Source: the human T2T-CHM13v2.0 reference genome, Homo sapiens. From it: a DNA stretch of 64,000 nt. Position numbers and translations under genes: made by a program. Numbering within the stretch: the first letter of the stretch is position 1; each line of letters starts with the position of its first letter. The notes below the pieces were generated by a model that worked only from the letters and a program-made list of their open reading frames with translations, searched no databases and had not been told where the DNA came from. Location: the NCBI RefSeq assembly GCF_009914755.1, contig NC_060940.1; one strand, given 5' to 3'. Shown here piece after piece: positions 37,502-53,520 of this stretch.

Positions 37502-37887
<386 letters not shown>

Positions 37888-39554
37888 GACCTTGACATTT
37901 TCATAGGCATCATTTCCCATCCTCAGGACAACTCTGAGAAGCAGATGGTGTCATACCCATTTCCCAGATGAGAAAATGGAAGCTCAGGGGGTTAAGCAAT
38001 GTATGAACGTTTAACATGCAGTAAATGGTAGAACTGGGATTTGAACTCAGGGCTGCCTGAGTCCAAAGCCCATACTCTAACCCCTCTGCCTCAGGGTGCC
38101 TAAAATGTCATGGCCCTGGAGCTTTCAGCCTGTAGGGGATGAGAAGGCAAACCGCCTGTGGTTTGTAAATCTAGTATTATCATCTGACTTTTTCCTGATA
38201 TCTTAGTGAGGTCTTTTCAATGGAATAAGCTTAATACGTTATCCTCCCCCAGTCTTCCCAGTTTCCCATCAAATAAAGATGATTCAAGAGGCCCCAAATG
38301 CAGAGCTAAAATCAGCCTTTCATCCTTGCCACCTCCCACCTCTCACTCCTCTGGGAATTGCTAGGATTTAGGAGGCCAGTATTGAACTTGAGATTTCAAG
38401 AACTGTTTTTGAGTGGCTTACAGCTATGTCCTGAGCGCTCTGAGTGAAGGCAGAGGTGCTGGTTAGCAAGGTGGGAGGCAGAGATACCGAGCTCCCAGGC
38501 AGGGATGAGGGGCACAGCATGGAGCAGTGACTTCTGAGAGTGTTGTGTGTCTTCATGGATTGTGCAATCTCTATCCGGAAATTGATCAATTGCAATCAAA
38601 AGCAGTGGCACCAATTTATAATCTTTTAGAATCTAACTTCTTAAGGGTATTGAATCTTTACCTCTAAGGCAATCAGGTCCAGATGGCAAAGGGAAACCCT
38701 CTTGTCACCAGCTCTTGGGCATTTAAAAACAGCATGGCAGGTTGCGGCCTTGCAAGGAAAGAAGAGGGGAAAACATTGTAAATACTGTGTACCCTGACCG
38801 TGTTGGCTGCACTTGAAAACAGGCATCTTCATTTGCAGTTAATTAGATTAACTCAGCTGCGATTACGAATGGAATTCCTTGCTCCAGCAACAGCGAACGT
38901 TTGTTGAACATGTGTTGTAATCTTGCCTTTAAATACAACCACATGTATGACATATTTTGTTTTCTCTTGGCCATTGGACTGGAAAACTATTAATACAACA
39001 TCTGCTTTGCTTTCTGATTGAATCAGGGGCAAAGAGCAGGTCTCTGTAGTGTCCTTCAGATTATGCCTGGGATATCAAGTTACAGCTGCTAACCACTTTC
39101 CCACTGCTTAAGAATCCAACCCTGAACGTGACTTTTCTATTGGAAACGCCGGTCTCACTCACTGGAGGACCAAATTACCTCCTGATCTTGCCTCCAGCAT
39201 GTGAAGTCCACCCTCGCACCTCCCACGCCTGAACAACTCACTATTGTAACCCCTTGTTAGTTTTTTAAACGGTACTCAACCCCATTTCAAATCATTTTAT
39301 TTTTCGCTTAGTCGTTTGTCTGTCTCCACCATGAAAATATTCCCTCCAGAAGGGCAGGACCCATGTCTATTCCCCATGCCCTCCCCTCCTCTCCCCTAGG
39401 GCCAAGAACACTTAGCAGGCAACTGAATAAATATTTGTTAAATAAATCACGGTGTTTCCCAATTGCGTGGAGAATGAAGTAAGAGTGAAGACTGGTGAGA
39501 AAGTGACAGTCTTCTTGCAATCATTTCAGTCCTGATAATATCAAGAGTCTCAGT

Positions 39555-40181
<627 letters not shown>

Positions 40182-40749
40182 TCAGTTCGGTGTCTAACAT
40201 CTCTTTTCCTTGCTATTCTCATCCCCCAACACCTCCACACTCCCCACACCCTGCCTCTTTTTTTGTTTAAATAGAAAGTACATCTTGGGGCTCAGAGTGA
40301 AGGACAGTTATCGAGGCTAGCTAGGATTTCATACTATTGTTTGGTTTTCTGAGTGTTTAATCCCTTTCAAATAACATTTGCGGCTCTACATGTCTGGTAG
40401 TAATATAAAGTTTCCCTGGGAAAGAAATGTAAGTGTAAGTGTATTGCTTTAAAGGGAAACAGCCACAATGCAAGTGAAATGAAACAAAAGGCTTGGAGGT
40501 GTCTCTGCATGGCTGAAGTTTGGAAACGAATGCACACAGGCATGCACATTCATCCGTGGGACTATCCGCTTAGAGTTCTGTTTGACCAGTGCCTTGTGCA
40601 AGGCAATTCAGCAAAGAGAACTTTATTTTCCTCTCTTCCCCAAATAATTCAGGCCTGTGCTGTTAAGTCCTACCTCCTCATCTCTTCCCCTTCCTCCTCT
40701 CCCTGCATCCACCTTTAGGAGTTATCATTACTCAGAAAGAGACCAAGAA

Positions 40750-40940
40750 ATATAGGGGACCTGGGACTCCATGAGACCGGATGTGGAAAGCCCCTCAACA
40801 CACCGGCAGGAAATACCTGCAGCCGTATTCCTAGCCGAATCCTGAAATTGCAGACAAATTTTGCGCTTTTCTGGAAGGAAGTCTCGCTATCATTCATCAA
40901 GTTCTGAAAGGGCCCCGAGAAGAGTTCGAAACTACTGGGC
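40750..40940 (-). mobile_element. MER117-like hAT MITE (second copy ~43315-43440, +)
   Basis: cctgaaattgcagacaaattttg...ttttctgg...ttcatcaagttctgaaagggccc resembles the recalled consensus. Confidence 0.6.
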
Positions 40941-41780
40941 TGGAGGTGGCACCAGGAATGGATCGTTGCCCTGGAGTTCTGACCCTTGGTTTTCTGCCGC
41001 ACACAGCTGATCGGTTAATAATGCAGCAACTTAATAATTAAAATGAGACTGTGTGATCCTTAAAGATGCAGGCTCACTCCCTCCTGTCTTCACTTGAAGA
41101 AGGCTGTTGCCACCAAAATCAGTGGGCTTTCCCAGAAGGTTCTGTACTTACCTGTGCTTACAGGTAAACACAAAGAACAGTCTGCTTTTCTCTCCGGGTC
41201 TCCTCCACACTTGGAGCTTATGCATCCAGAGACTAGGCTGGCTGGTTCATCTTTTGCCTTCACAATCCTTCATGTTTAATTGCGTCTACTTCTGCCTCTA
41301 CCCTATCTAACTTCTCCAAAATATTTCTTGTCAGTACCCCAGGATCAAGATGGGTGGACCCACTGCTCTGTTTGTAAGCTGGGAGGCAGGAAGTTTGGCT
41401 TGGCTGTGTGACTGTAAACAAGTTACTTCACTTCTCTGACTCATAGGAATGCTGTTAAATTTAGATCAAATGAAGGAACAGATGTGGGAGCTCTGTAGAA
41501 AGTTAGAAGAGTCATCTCGGATGTGAAAGCTCTATTTAGAGAGCAGCAATCAAGTCACCATCTGACCAATAACACCTAGAAGACCCTGGAATAAGGCTCC
41601 TCCCAGTCAGAAAAAAAAAAATGACATGGAACTTGCAACTTTTGCAGTGGTTTTAAATATGATTTTTTTTAGGTGGGTCCCACTCAATTCTCCAAGGCAT
41701 AGTAGATAACCCTCCATCAGTAACTATCGATGATGGATATTTGTGGTCCTTTCATACCTCCCTTAAAGGACTCTGACCTA

Positions 41781-42883
<1,103 letters not shown>

Positions 42884-42926
<43 letters not shown>

Positions 42927-42944
42927 GTGTGTGTGTGTGTGTAT

Positions 42945-43010
<66 letters not shown>
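42884..43010. repeat. (TA)n(TG)n(TA)n compound microsatellite
   Basis: Directly visible; abuts Alu poly-T. Confidence 0.95.
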
Positions 43011-43027
<17 letters not shown>

Positions 43028-43315
43028 TGAGACAGGGTCTCTCTCTTTCTCCCGGGCTAGAGTGCACTGTGTGATCACAGCTCACTGCAACCTCCTCAAA
43101 CTCCTGGGTTCAAGTGATCCTCCTGCCTCAGCCTCTAAGTAGCTGGGACAATAGGCATGTGCTACCATGTCTGGCTAATTTTTTAAAAACTTTTCTATAG
43201 AAATGGGTTCTTGCTATGTTGCCCAGATTGGTCTTGAACTCAAGGCCCCAAGCAATCCTCCTGCCTCGACCTCCCAAAGTGCTGGGATTACAGGCATGAG
43301 TCACTGTACTTGGCC
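43010..43315 (-). mobile_element. Alu (AluJ-like)
   Basis: Antisense Alu consensus. Confidence 0.9.
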
Positions 43316-44269
43316 TCCCTTTGAGAACTTTATGAAAGCTTCCTTTCCAAGAAAAACACACTCTTGTATCCACATAAAAACATATATGGAATTTCAGGAT
43401 TCCATGTGCCTCCTGAAATCCACCCTCAGTCTCTAGGATAATAACCCCTCTTCCTGAGTGTGGAATCCAGAGGGCTTTTCTGGAAGAATCCAAGCTCTGG
43501 AACTGCACTGCTTGTTGTAAATCCTGGCTCCACCGCTTATAGCTACATGAACTTGGGCCTCTCTGAGCTTCAGTTTCCCCAATTAGAAAAAAGGGAATAA
43601 TATCTAACTTTACAGGGTTGCAGTGAAGCCTACATGAGTTCATTTAGGCAAGGCACTTAGAACAGTACTTGGCATATATTAAATACACACGTGTTCATCA
43701 CCAACCTCTTTATGATTTTAGTTTTATTGTTTATTTTCACTGAGCTCATTAATTCTAGATCCAACATGGTTCTGTATCTGGCTCACAGATATATCTTCTG
43801 GACTACGTATTATTCTTAAAGTAAATAAATAAATGCATGTGTAGAAATTAGGAGTTCACATGAAAATCAGGCTGTATGGCTTCTCTTGGGACATCAGGTC
43901 TGATAAAACCAGGCCCATTTGCACCTGGCATCATGAGCTGGAGCTGGAAAATTCTCCGGTTCACCACAGCCCCCACCAGTCCCCAGCACTAACACACAGA
44001 ATCCATAGTCCAGGATCATTGCGCTTTCAAAGTCATCATATCCCTTAAGGCCAATAAATCATTCTTGTACCCATGAAAATGAAAGCTAGACCAAAGAAGC
44101 CACATATTTTTTTTTTTAAGAAAGCAGACATTTATTTAAGTAAAAACTCTGCCCATCAGTTTAACATTGCAAATGCCTTCATTTACTTGCTTTATTACCT
44201 GGCCCCTGTGGGCATTTGAGTTTTTGATCCTGGCTCTGCACAGTTACTGATCATTGGCTATTCCTTCCT

Positions 44270-44800
44270 TCTCTTCCTCTCTTAGCCTGTTGACTCAAAG
44301 GCATGAAGAGCCCCAAGTGGCGGGGTGGCAGTCTTAACTTCCAGCTCAGTGAAATCATTGTTTTGTCTTCTGGTGGCAGCATTCTTCCCTCTGGAACTAA
44401 GACCTCTAGGCCAGCAAAGCATAAAGTCTCAAGAACAGGAAAAAAACATTTTGCTAGTGGGTCGCTAGGGGTGATGGTGACTGGTGCCACTCCCATTTCC
44501 ACCCCGTTGATTCCTGGATCTGTGAATCCCGGCTAGGGGAGAAATAGCACCATATATTGGATACTAATTCAGAGCATATTCAGCCTTCTGGAGAAACTTG
44601 CCCCAGCCCTCCAAGGTATTACTACTTAGCTGGTGCTGTAATTGAGTCTTCAAAGGGCTGTTACAATATTCTATGAAGCCAGCTGCTTCAGCATCATGAC
44701 GAACATGGTAAGACCAGTGAATTCCATGAGCATGGGCCCATTCCTGCACTTCTTTTGCTCTGAAGCCAAGTCAGGTTGACACATAAAATTAACCATCACA
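44270..44800 (-). mobile_element. ERV-L (HERVL-type) internal fragment: integrase C-terminal part and dUTPase, fused to an MLT2-type LTR start
   Basis: Translations QEWAHAHGIHWSYHV..EAAGFIE and VAPVTITPSDPLAK..GLEVLVPEG..WKLRLPP; tgtgatggttaattttatgtgtcaac on minus strand from 44800. Confidence 0.85.
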
Positions 44801-46374
44801 ATCTCTATCAAGTTTTTTTTCATATACGAAATTTTTGCAATAATTTTCTACAGATTAACTTCTGGCTCTGTACATCCTCAAACCTTGTTTCTCCTCCATG
44901 ACCCACATACTTGGGAATATTCAAGCTGCAGTGCAAGCTTCACGTCCTATTTCCAGGTGAGTTGGCCCAGTGAGTAGTAAGCATATTTCTGGAAACCATT
45001 TCTACATTAAGCCAGCTAGCAATTACTTAACTCTATAAGGAAGTGACTGCGAACAGCGTTAATCGATCCCGCTGAACCCAAACCACATGTTTGGGTTCAA
45101 ATTCCCTCAGCTATTATAGATCCAAAAAAGGCTTACAGAAATTCCAATGCTGCCCAACACAGAGGGAGTAAGATGGGACAAATAGAAGGGAAGTGAGGTG
45201 GAAGGAAACATCAGTCTTAATTGATTGCGGTTGAACTGTCCTATTCTTGCAAATGTTACAGAAACATTGATCACGTGAGACGCTTATTAGGGCGCTATCA
45301 GGGCCTTGACAGTACCTAAGCATGTGATAAACCCTTCAGCTTAAGCTTTATGAGCTTTAAAGTATATTCACCCTGTCTATGCAATCCTCATTCTGGCCAA
45401 ACTGGATTGACACCCACTGACTGGGTACCCCCTCCACTGTCCCATGACCTTGCCTTTGCTTGTGTTAGCTTCCCCTCCCCTGGAACAAATCCCATCTGGG
45501 TCAAACACTCTGCCTCCCATGCAAGCATCCTTGACCTTTTCAATGAATCCTCTTCCATCCTGCTCTACACCCTAATAGAATTTCATCCTTTATTTATTTA
45601 TTTTTTATTGCATTTGTCAAACATTACCTTGTCGTGTAGTCTTTCATTTGCTTAGCAAATATTTGCTAACTGTCCATGGTGTTTCACCCATTGTTGTGGC
45701 TCTAGAGATGCTTCAGTAAACAAGCCAGGTCCCAGTATTCTTGAAGCTTATAGCCAAATTTGGGGCAGGAATTATAAATACCTGAAAATTCAAAGACCAT
45801 CGCAGAGAGTAACAGGGTCATGGAGAAGGGCATCACTTTAGCCAGGTGGTCATGGAAGGCCTTTCTGATAAGCTGACCCTGCATGAAAGAAGGAGCCACC
45901 CCCAAGAAAAGCTGAGAGAAAGGCATTCTTGGCACAAGGAACATCAGATGTAAAGGCAGTAAGGCTCTTGGCTGCCAGATGACGGCAGCTCCAGATGAAA
46001 TTATAATGGAGACCATTCTCCTTCCTGTTGCCAATGAGCCCTTAACCCTTGTATGCTACTCAAGGCCTTGCCTCTTCTGTCTCCTATCTGGAGCTTCCCT
46101 TTCAGGGCAGGATCCTCCTCTGTTTGGAACTTCTGGACTCTGCACCAAAATATGGCTCTTCTGTATTTCAGGGTGGGAAACTCCTCTGGTTGCATGGTAA
46201 TTACTGATAGGCTGCTAATGCCTTACCTCATCTCAGACAGTGTCTGAACTTAACAACAAGACTTTTTGTAGGAAGACACCTTAATTTCAAGGTGTGCCTC
46301 TGACAGCAGGAATATCAACCCATGTGGTATGTCAGTGGAGGAGATATTTTTAGACCAAGCCCTGCTATTCACTT

Positions 46375-47520
46375 GTAGTGCAGTGGCACTAACACCAGCT
46401 TAAGATGACACCCGTTTGTTATGTCACAGTTCTGGAGGTCAGAAGCCCATGGATAGCATGTGGCTCAGCTGTGTCCTCTGTTAGAGTCTCACAAGGATAA
46501 GATCAATCTGTTGGCAGGACCAGCTCTGGGGGTGAATTAAGTTGTTGGCTGAATTCAGTTCTTCGTGGTTGTAGGACTGAGGTGACTCTTTTCTGCTGGG
46601 GGCTGGTCTTTGATCGTAGAGGCAGCCTGCATTCTTTCTCATGCTTCCCATGTGGCTCGCTCCTACAGCAGCAGGACAAATCCCTCTCATGCTTTGAATC
46701 TCTATGACTTCTTATTTTAAAAAATATATTTCCATAAGTTTTTGGGGAACAGGTGGTGTTTGGTTACATGAGTAAGTTCTTTAGTGGTGATTTGTGAGAT
46801 TTTGGTGTGCCCATCAACCAAGCAGTGTACACTGCACCCAATTTGTAGTGTTTTATCCCTCATCCCCTTCCCACCCTTTCCCTCTGAGTACCCAAAGTCC
46901 ATTGTATCATTCTCATGCTTTTGCATCCTCATAGCTTAGCTCCCACTTATAAGTGAGAACATACAATGTTTGGTTTTCCATTCCTGAGTTACTTTACCTG
47001 GAATAATAGTCTCCAATCCCATCCAGGTTGCTGCAAATGCCGTTAATTCATTCCTTTTTATAGCTGAGTAGTATTCCATCGTATATACCACAGTTTCTTT
47101 ATCCACTCATTGATTGATGGGTATTTGGGCTGGTTCCATATTTTTGCAGTTGCGAATCGTGCTGCTATAGACATGTGTGTGCAAGTATCTTTTTCGTATA
47201 ATGACTTATTTCCCGCCGGGTAGATACCCAGTAGTGGGACTGCTGGATCAAATGGTAGATTCCTTAAAGAACTAAAAGTAGAACTCTCTGACTTCTTCTG
47301 CCACATACCTCTGACTCCAGCCAGAGAAAGTTCTCTGCCTTTAAGGGCTCCTAGGATTATGTTGGGCCCACCAAAAAAAATCCAGGATAATCTCCCTATT
47401 TTAAAGGCTATACTTTTAATCACACCTGCAAAATCTCTTTTGCCATGTAACATCACTTACAGGTTCCAGAGGCTAGTAGAGTCTACATGTGTTTGGAGAG
47501 CCAGTCTGCCTACCACACTA
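46375..47520 (-). mobile_element. MLT1D-like LTR interrupted by L1PB copy B
   Basis: cacagttctggaggtcagaag...gttgttggctgaattcagttcc...aatccaggataatctccctattttaa. Confidence 0.8.
46714..47285 (-). mobile_element. L1PB-type 3' end (copy B) with short 5' inversion and TSD
   Basis: Antisense L1PB 3'UTR; translation LPFDPAVPLLGIYP...KIWNQPKYPSINEWIKKLW is the ORF2 C-terminus. Confidence 0.9.
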
Positions 47521-47622
47521 GAGAAGGAGGTGGAATAACAGGATTTTTACCCTGGCTCCAACACTTAATGTAATTGTGAGCAAATCCCTGAGTTCCAATT
47601 CCTATCTCTGCAGAGGAGATAG

Positions 47623-48764
<1,142 letters not shown>

Positions 48765-48871
48765 CTAGTTTCTCTATTTATTATGTGACCCTGGGCAAGT
48801 TTTTAAGCTCTGTGCTTCAGTTTCATCATCCGTAAAATGAAAAGAGTAACAATATTGGCCCCCAAGGGCAG

Positions 48872-48872
<1 letters not shown>

Positions 48873-48947
<75 letters not shown>

Positions 48948-48952
48948 TTATA

Positions 48953-48986
<34 letters not shown>

Positions 48987-49000
48987 CATATTTTATATGT
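48873..49000. repeat. (CA)n(TATACA)n(TG)n(TA)n compound microsatellite inside a MIR
   Basis: Directly visible; MIR motifs tgtgaccctgggcaagtt / cagtttcatcatccgtaaaatg upstream. Confidence 0.92.
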
Positions 49001-49042
49001 GTGTTGCAAGGAGTGAATAAGTTTACATATGCAAAGCACTTA

Positions 49043-49387
<345 letters not shown>

Positions 49388-49694
49388 TTACCACCATCAT
49401 CTACCTTATTATCAGCAATCACATTGCCGCCTCCTATTGGTGTTGTTCACAGCCCTTCTTACCATTTGCAATCATAAATTTTGTCTGTGCATTTGCTCAG
49501 CATCTATTTTCCCATTAGATCTGAGCTTCATCAGAGCTATTTTGTTGAAGGGAGTTGCTTATGATTAACTTTTCATTACATAAGTCATCAAGCATGCATT
49601 TTATAAGCACATTGAAATGTTGAGGATAAAGCTAATGTCTCCTTTGGACACTGTATTTCCTACTGGTCCCTTCTCTCCTTCCCCAGATAGAGGT

Positions 49695-49990
49695 AGCCAA
49701 AGTCTAACAATATCAAGTGTTGCTGTGGCTGTAGAGAAATAGAAATGGCCAGACAATGTAAATTGATATGGCCACTGCAGAGGGCAGCCTGGCAGTAGCT
49801 ATTAAAATTAAAAACAGGCATTTCTCATGACTCAGCAGTTTCACTTCTCAGAAAATGCCTTAGAATTGCATTGGCAATTAGACCCAAGACATCACGAAGA
49901 AGGATGGCCATTGCTGCATTCTTCATAATACCAAAAATGGGACAACCTAAACATTCATCAAAAGAGGAATGTTAAATGAAATACAGCACC
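49695..49990 (+). mobile_element. Old L1ME fragment
   Basis: caatatcaagtgttg...ctggcagtagctattaaaattaaaa...tgactcagcagtttcacttct. Confidence 0.7.
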
Positions 49991-51012
49991 TCCTGAGAGG
50001 TGGTGCAAGAAATAAGTGTAAAACTTCTATCTCTATTTTTTAATTTTACATTTTTATTTGTACCTTACAGGTTTTAATAGGAATAGCAAACTTCCTATGA
50101 GTCAGGGTCTGTTTTTGCATGCAATTTTCACAACACTGTCATGAGGTGGCTGCTATTATCTGAATTTTATAGATGAGGAAACAAAGACACAGAGAAGTTA
50201 TGTAAGTTTCCCCAAGGTCCCCAGTGGAGCTCGGATTTGAACTCAGGCAGTTTGATTTCCAAGCAAATGGGATTAATCTTTAGGCCATATAGCTTTTCCT
50301 TTTTTTGTAATGTACATAATATAGTAATAGAACAGTTCATGTCTTAATGTGTAAACAAACAATATGCACCAACTGAGGGTTGTTTAAAGTTCAAAACTTC
50401 AAAGGGTACTTGATCACAAAAGCTTCAAGATAGACATGGGGCAGTAAACAGCCAGCCATAAGAAGGATGAAATAAATGTTTTCAATTTTTTGAGACAGGG
50501 TTTCACTTTGCCTCCCAGGCTGAAGTGCCGTGGTGCAATCATGGCTTATTGTAGCCTCGACCTGTCAGCCTCAAGTGATCCTCCCATCTTAGCCTCCCAA
50601 GTAGCTGGGACAATAGGCACGCACCACCAAGTGCAGCTATCAATTTTTTTATTTTTTGTAGAGCTGGGGTCTTCCTATGTTGCTCAGCCTAAGGATGAAG
50701 TAGATCTTTATAGGCCAGTTGTATCTTAGTTTGCTTTGTTTACCCAGTGCCTATCAAGGTGCCCACACCTGGTAAGATCTTGTTAGGTATTAGAGAATAA
50801 ATGAATAACCTTCATGCGGTGCCTGCCCTAGTCTGACTTAAGGTAGGAAAAAGGAGCCCAGTCCTAGGTCATCGTGCTCCTGGCTACTGCTCCTGGGGCC
50901 CTGTGGGCCTAGGATCCTGGCTGGGCAGGTGCAAGAAGCTCAGGTTTCCTAGAATAGGGACATGGAAGTCTGTGAGGCTGAGTAAAATAACTGGAGATTG
51001 CTGGAAGAGCAA

Positions 51013-53045
51013 TAAGGAATCTAAAAAAACAAAAACAACTCCTGGACTAATAAACAACTATAGCAAGCTAACAGGATGCAAGGGCACCATGCAAAAAAAT
51101 GTATCATTTTCCCATATATTAGCAATGAACAATTTTGGATGCAAAATGGAAAAACAGAATGTCATTTACAATCACTCAGGGAAAAAAACCCTTAGGATAT
51201 AAACCTAACAAAACATTTATAGAAAGTATACACTGAAAATTACAAAATATTGAAATAAATCAAGAAGACCTAAATAAATGGGGAGATGCACCATGTTCAT
51301 GGACTAGAAGATTCAACATAATATAGATGTCAGTTCTCCCCAAATAGATTTATAGGTTTAGCACAATTTCTGTCAGAATCCCACTAGTGGTTTTTTTGTA
51401 GATGTAAACAATATGATTACAAAATTTACACAGAAAGGTAAAGAAACTAAAACAGCTAAAATAATATTGAAAAAGAAATTGGGAGATTATAGGTTTACAC
51501 TGATGTTAAGACTTACTATATAGTTAAAATCATTGTGACTGTGAAGTATAGACACACAGATCAATGGAACAGAATCCAGAATCAAAAACACCCACACAAG
51601 TACCCACAACTGATTTTTTACAAAGATACAAAAGCAATAAGATAATCATAGCCAAAAATATAAATTTCAAACCAAGCCTCACAACTTATGCAAAAATTAA
51701 CTCAGAGCATAGATATAAAACATAAAATTATAAAACTTTTGCAAGAAGATATATGGGGAAATCTTCATCACATAGGGTTAGATGAGGAGTTCTTACACAT
51801 TACACCAAAAGCACAATCCGTAAAGAAAAAATTCATAATTTGGACTTTATCAAAACTTAGAACTTTAGTTTTAATGAAAGAGCCAGTCAAAAAGATGGAA
51901 AGACAGGCACAGATTGTGAGATAATATTTGCAAAACACATATCCAGCAAAAGACTTGAGTCTGGAATATACACAAAGAACTTTAAAAACTCAGTGGTTGA
52001 AAATAAGAAATCCAATTAGAAAATGGGCAAAAGGCATGAACAGACATTTCACTGAAGAGGATATATGGTTGGCATACAAGCACATGGAAAGATGTTCAAC
52101 ATCTTTGGCTATTAGGGAATTGCAAAACAAAGCTATGGTGAGCTACAACAACACACGTATTAGTATGGCTCAAATAAAAAAAATTGACATACCAAGTGCT
52201 GGAGAGGATGTAGAACAACTGGATATCTCAGGCATTGCTGATGGGAATGTAAAGTAGTACAGAAACTCTGGGGAAAAAAGTGTAGCAGTTTCTTACACAG
52301 TTAAACATGCACTCACCATAGGACCCAGCAATAGTACTCCTGCATATTTATACCAAAGAAATGAAAATGTATGTCTGTACAAAAACCGGTACATGAATAT
52401 TCACAGCAGCTTTATTCATAATAGTCCCAAACCAGAAACAACCCAAATTTCCATCAACAGACAGATAAGCCAACTGCTACTCAGCCACAAAAAAAGAATG
52501 AACTAATGATAGATTCAACAATTTGAGTGAACCTCAAGGATACAACGCTGTGTGAAAAAAAAGACACTGTCAAAGGGCTATGTTCTATATGATTCCATTT
52601 ATATAATGTCTTCAAACAACAAAATGATAGGAATGGAGAACAGATTGATGGTCGCCAGGGGTTAGGATTGGAGACAGTGCAACTATAACAGGGTCTGAAG
52701 AGGGTATTTCTTTGTGGTGATAGAAAAAAAATCTTTATCCTGAGCATGATGGTAGATACAGAAATCTCTACATATGATGAAATTTCAGAGTACTGTATGC
52801 TAAAGAAATTAAAATGAATGCATGTAAACACTGGTGCAATCTGAAGAAGGTGTGTAGTTGAGTGAATATTATTGTATCAGTGTCTGTTTCCTGGTTTTGA
52901 AAAGTGACTGTGATTGTATAAGATGTTATCATGGGGGAAGCTGGGCGAAGATGGTACATGGGAGCTCTACTATTTTTGCAAGTTCTTGTGAGTCTTAAAC
53001 TACTTCAAATTTTAAGTTTGTTAACTTTAAAGGGGATTCCTTATG
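51013..53045 (+). mobile_element. L1MC/L1MD-like element, ORF2 3' part and 3'UTR (degenerate)
   Basis: Translations NPIRKWAKGMNRHFTEEDI..KHMERCSTSLAIRELQNK; 3'UTR gatgttatcatgggggaagctggg. Confidence 0.9.
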
Positions 53046-53186
53046 AAAGTTTGGGGACAGTGACAGAGCAGTCACAGCCATGAGAAGGGGTGAAGTATCT
53101 CTGTGGACCAGCCCTATCTTATTTGCTATTGTTTCTCCAGCAACTTACCATGGTGTGTAGCAAATAGAAGTTAACAAGCAGCTGTG

Positions 53187-53520
53187 GGCTGGGTGCAGTG
53201 GCTCACACCTGTAATCCCAGCACCTTGGGAGGCTAAGACAGGCAGATGGCTTGAGCTTAGGAATTCAAGACCAGCCTGGCCAATGTGGCGAAATCTTGTC
53301 TTTACTAAAAATACAAAAATTAGTCAGGCATGGTGGTGCACACCTGTAGTACCAGCTACTTGGGAGGCTGAGGCATGAGAATAGCTTGAACCCAAGAGGC
53401 GGAGGCTACAGCAAGCTGAGATTGTGCCACTACACTCCAGCCTGGGGCACAGAATGAGACTCCATCTCAAAAAACAAAAAAACAAACAAACACAACACAA
53501 CAAAACAAAACAAAACAAAC
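53187..53520 (+). mobile_element. Alu
   Basis: TSD caagcagctgtg / caagtaactgtg. Confidence 0.93.

Noticed and set aside
49770-49790. CTCF-like ctgcagagggcagc
   Set aside because: Mismatches in the 5' core and embedded in L1ME; not supportable from sequence alone.
51688-52257. ORFs resembling reverse transcriptase C-terminal region (also 32880-33365, 34804-35136, 47058-47456)
   Set aside because: Broken L1 ORF2 remnants with stops and frameshifts.
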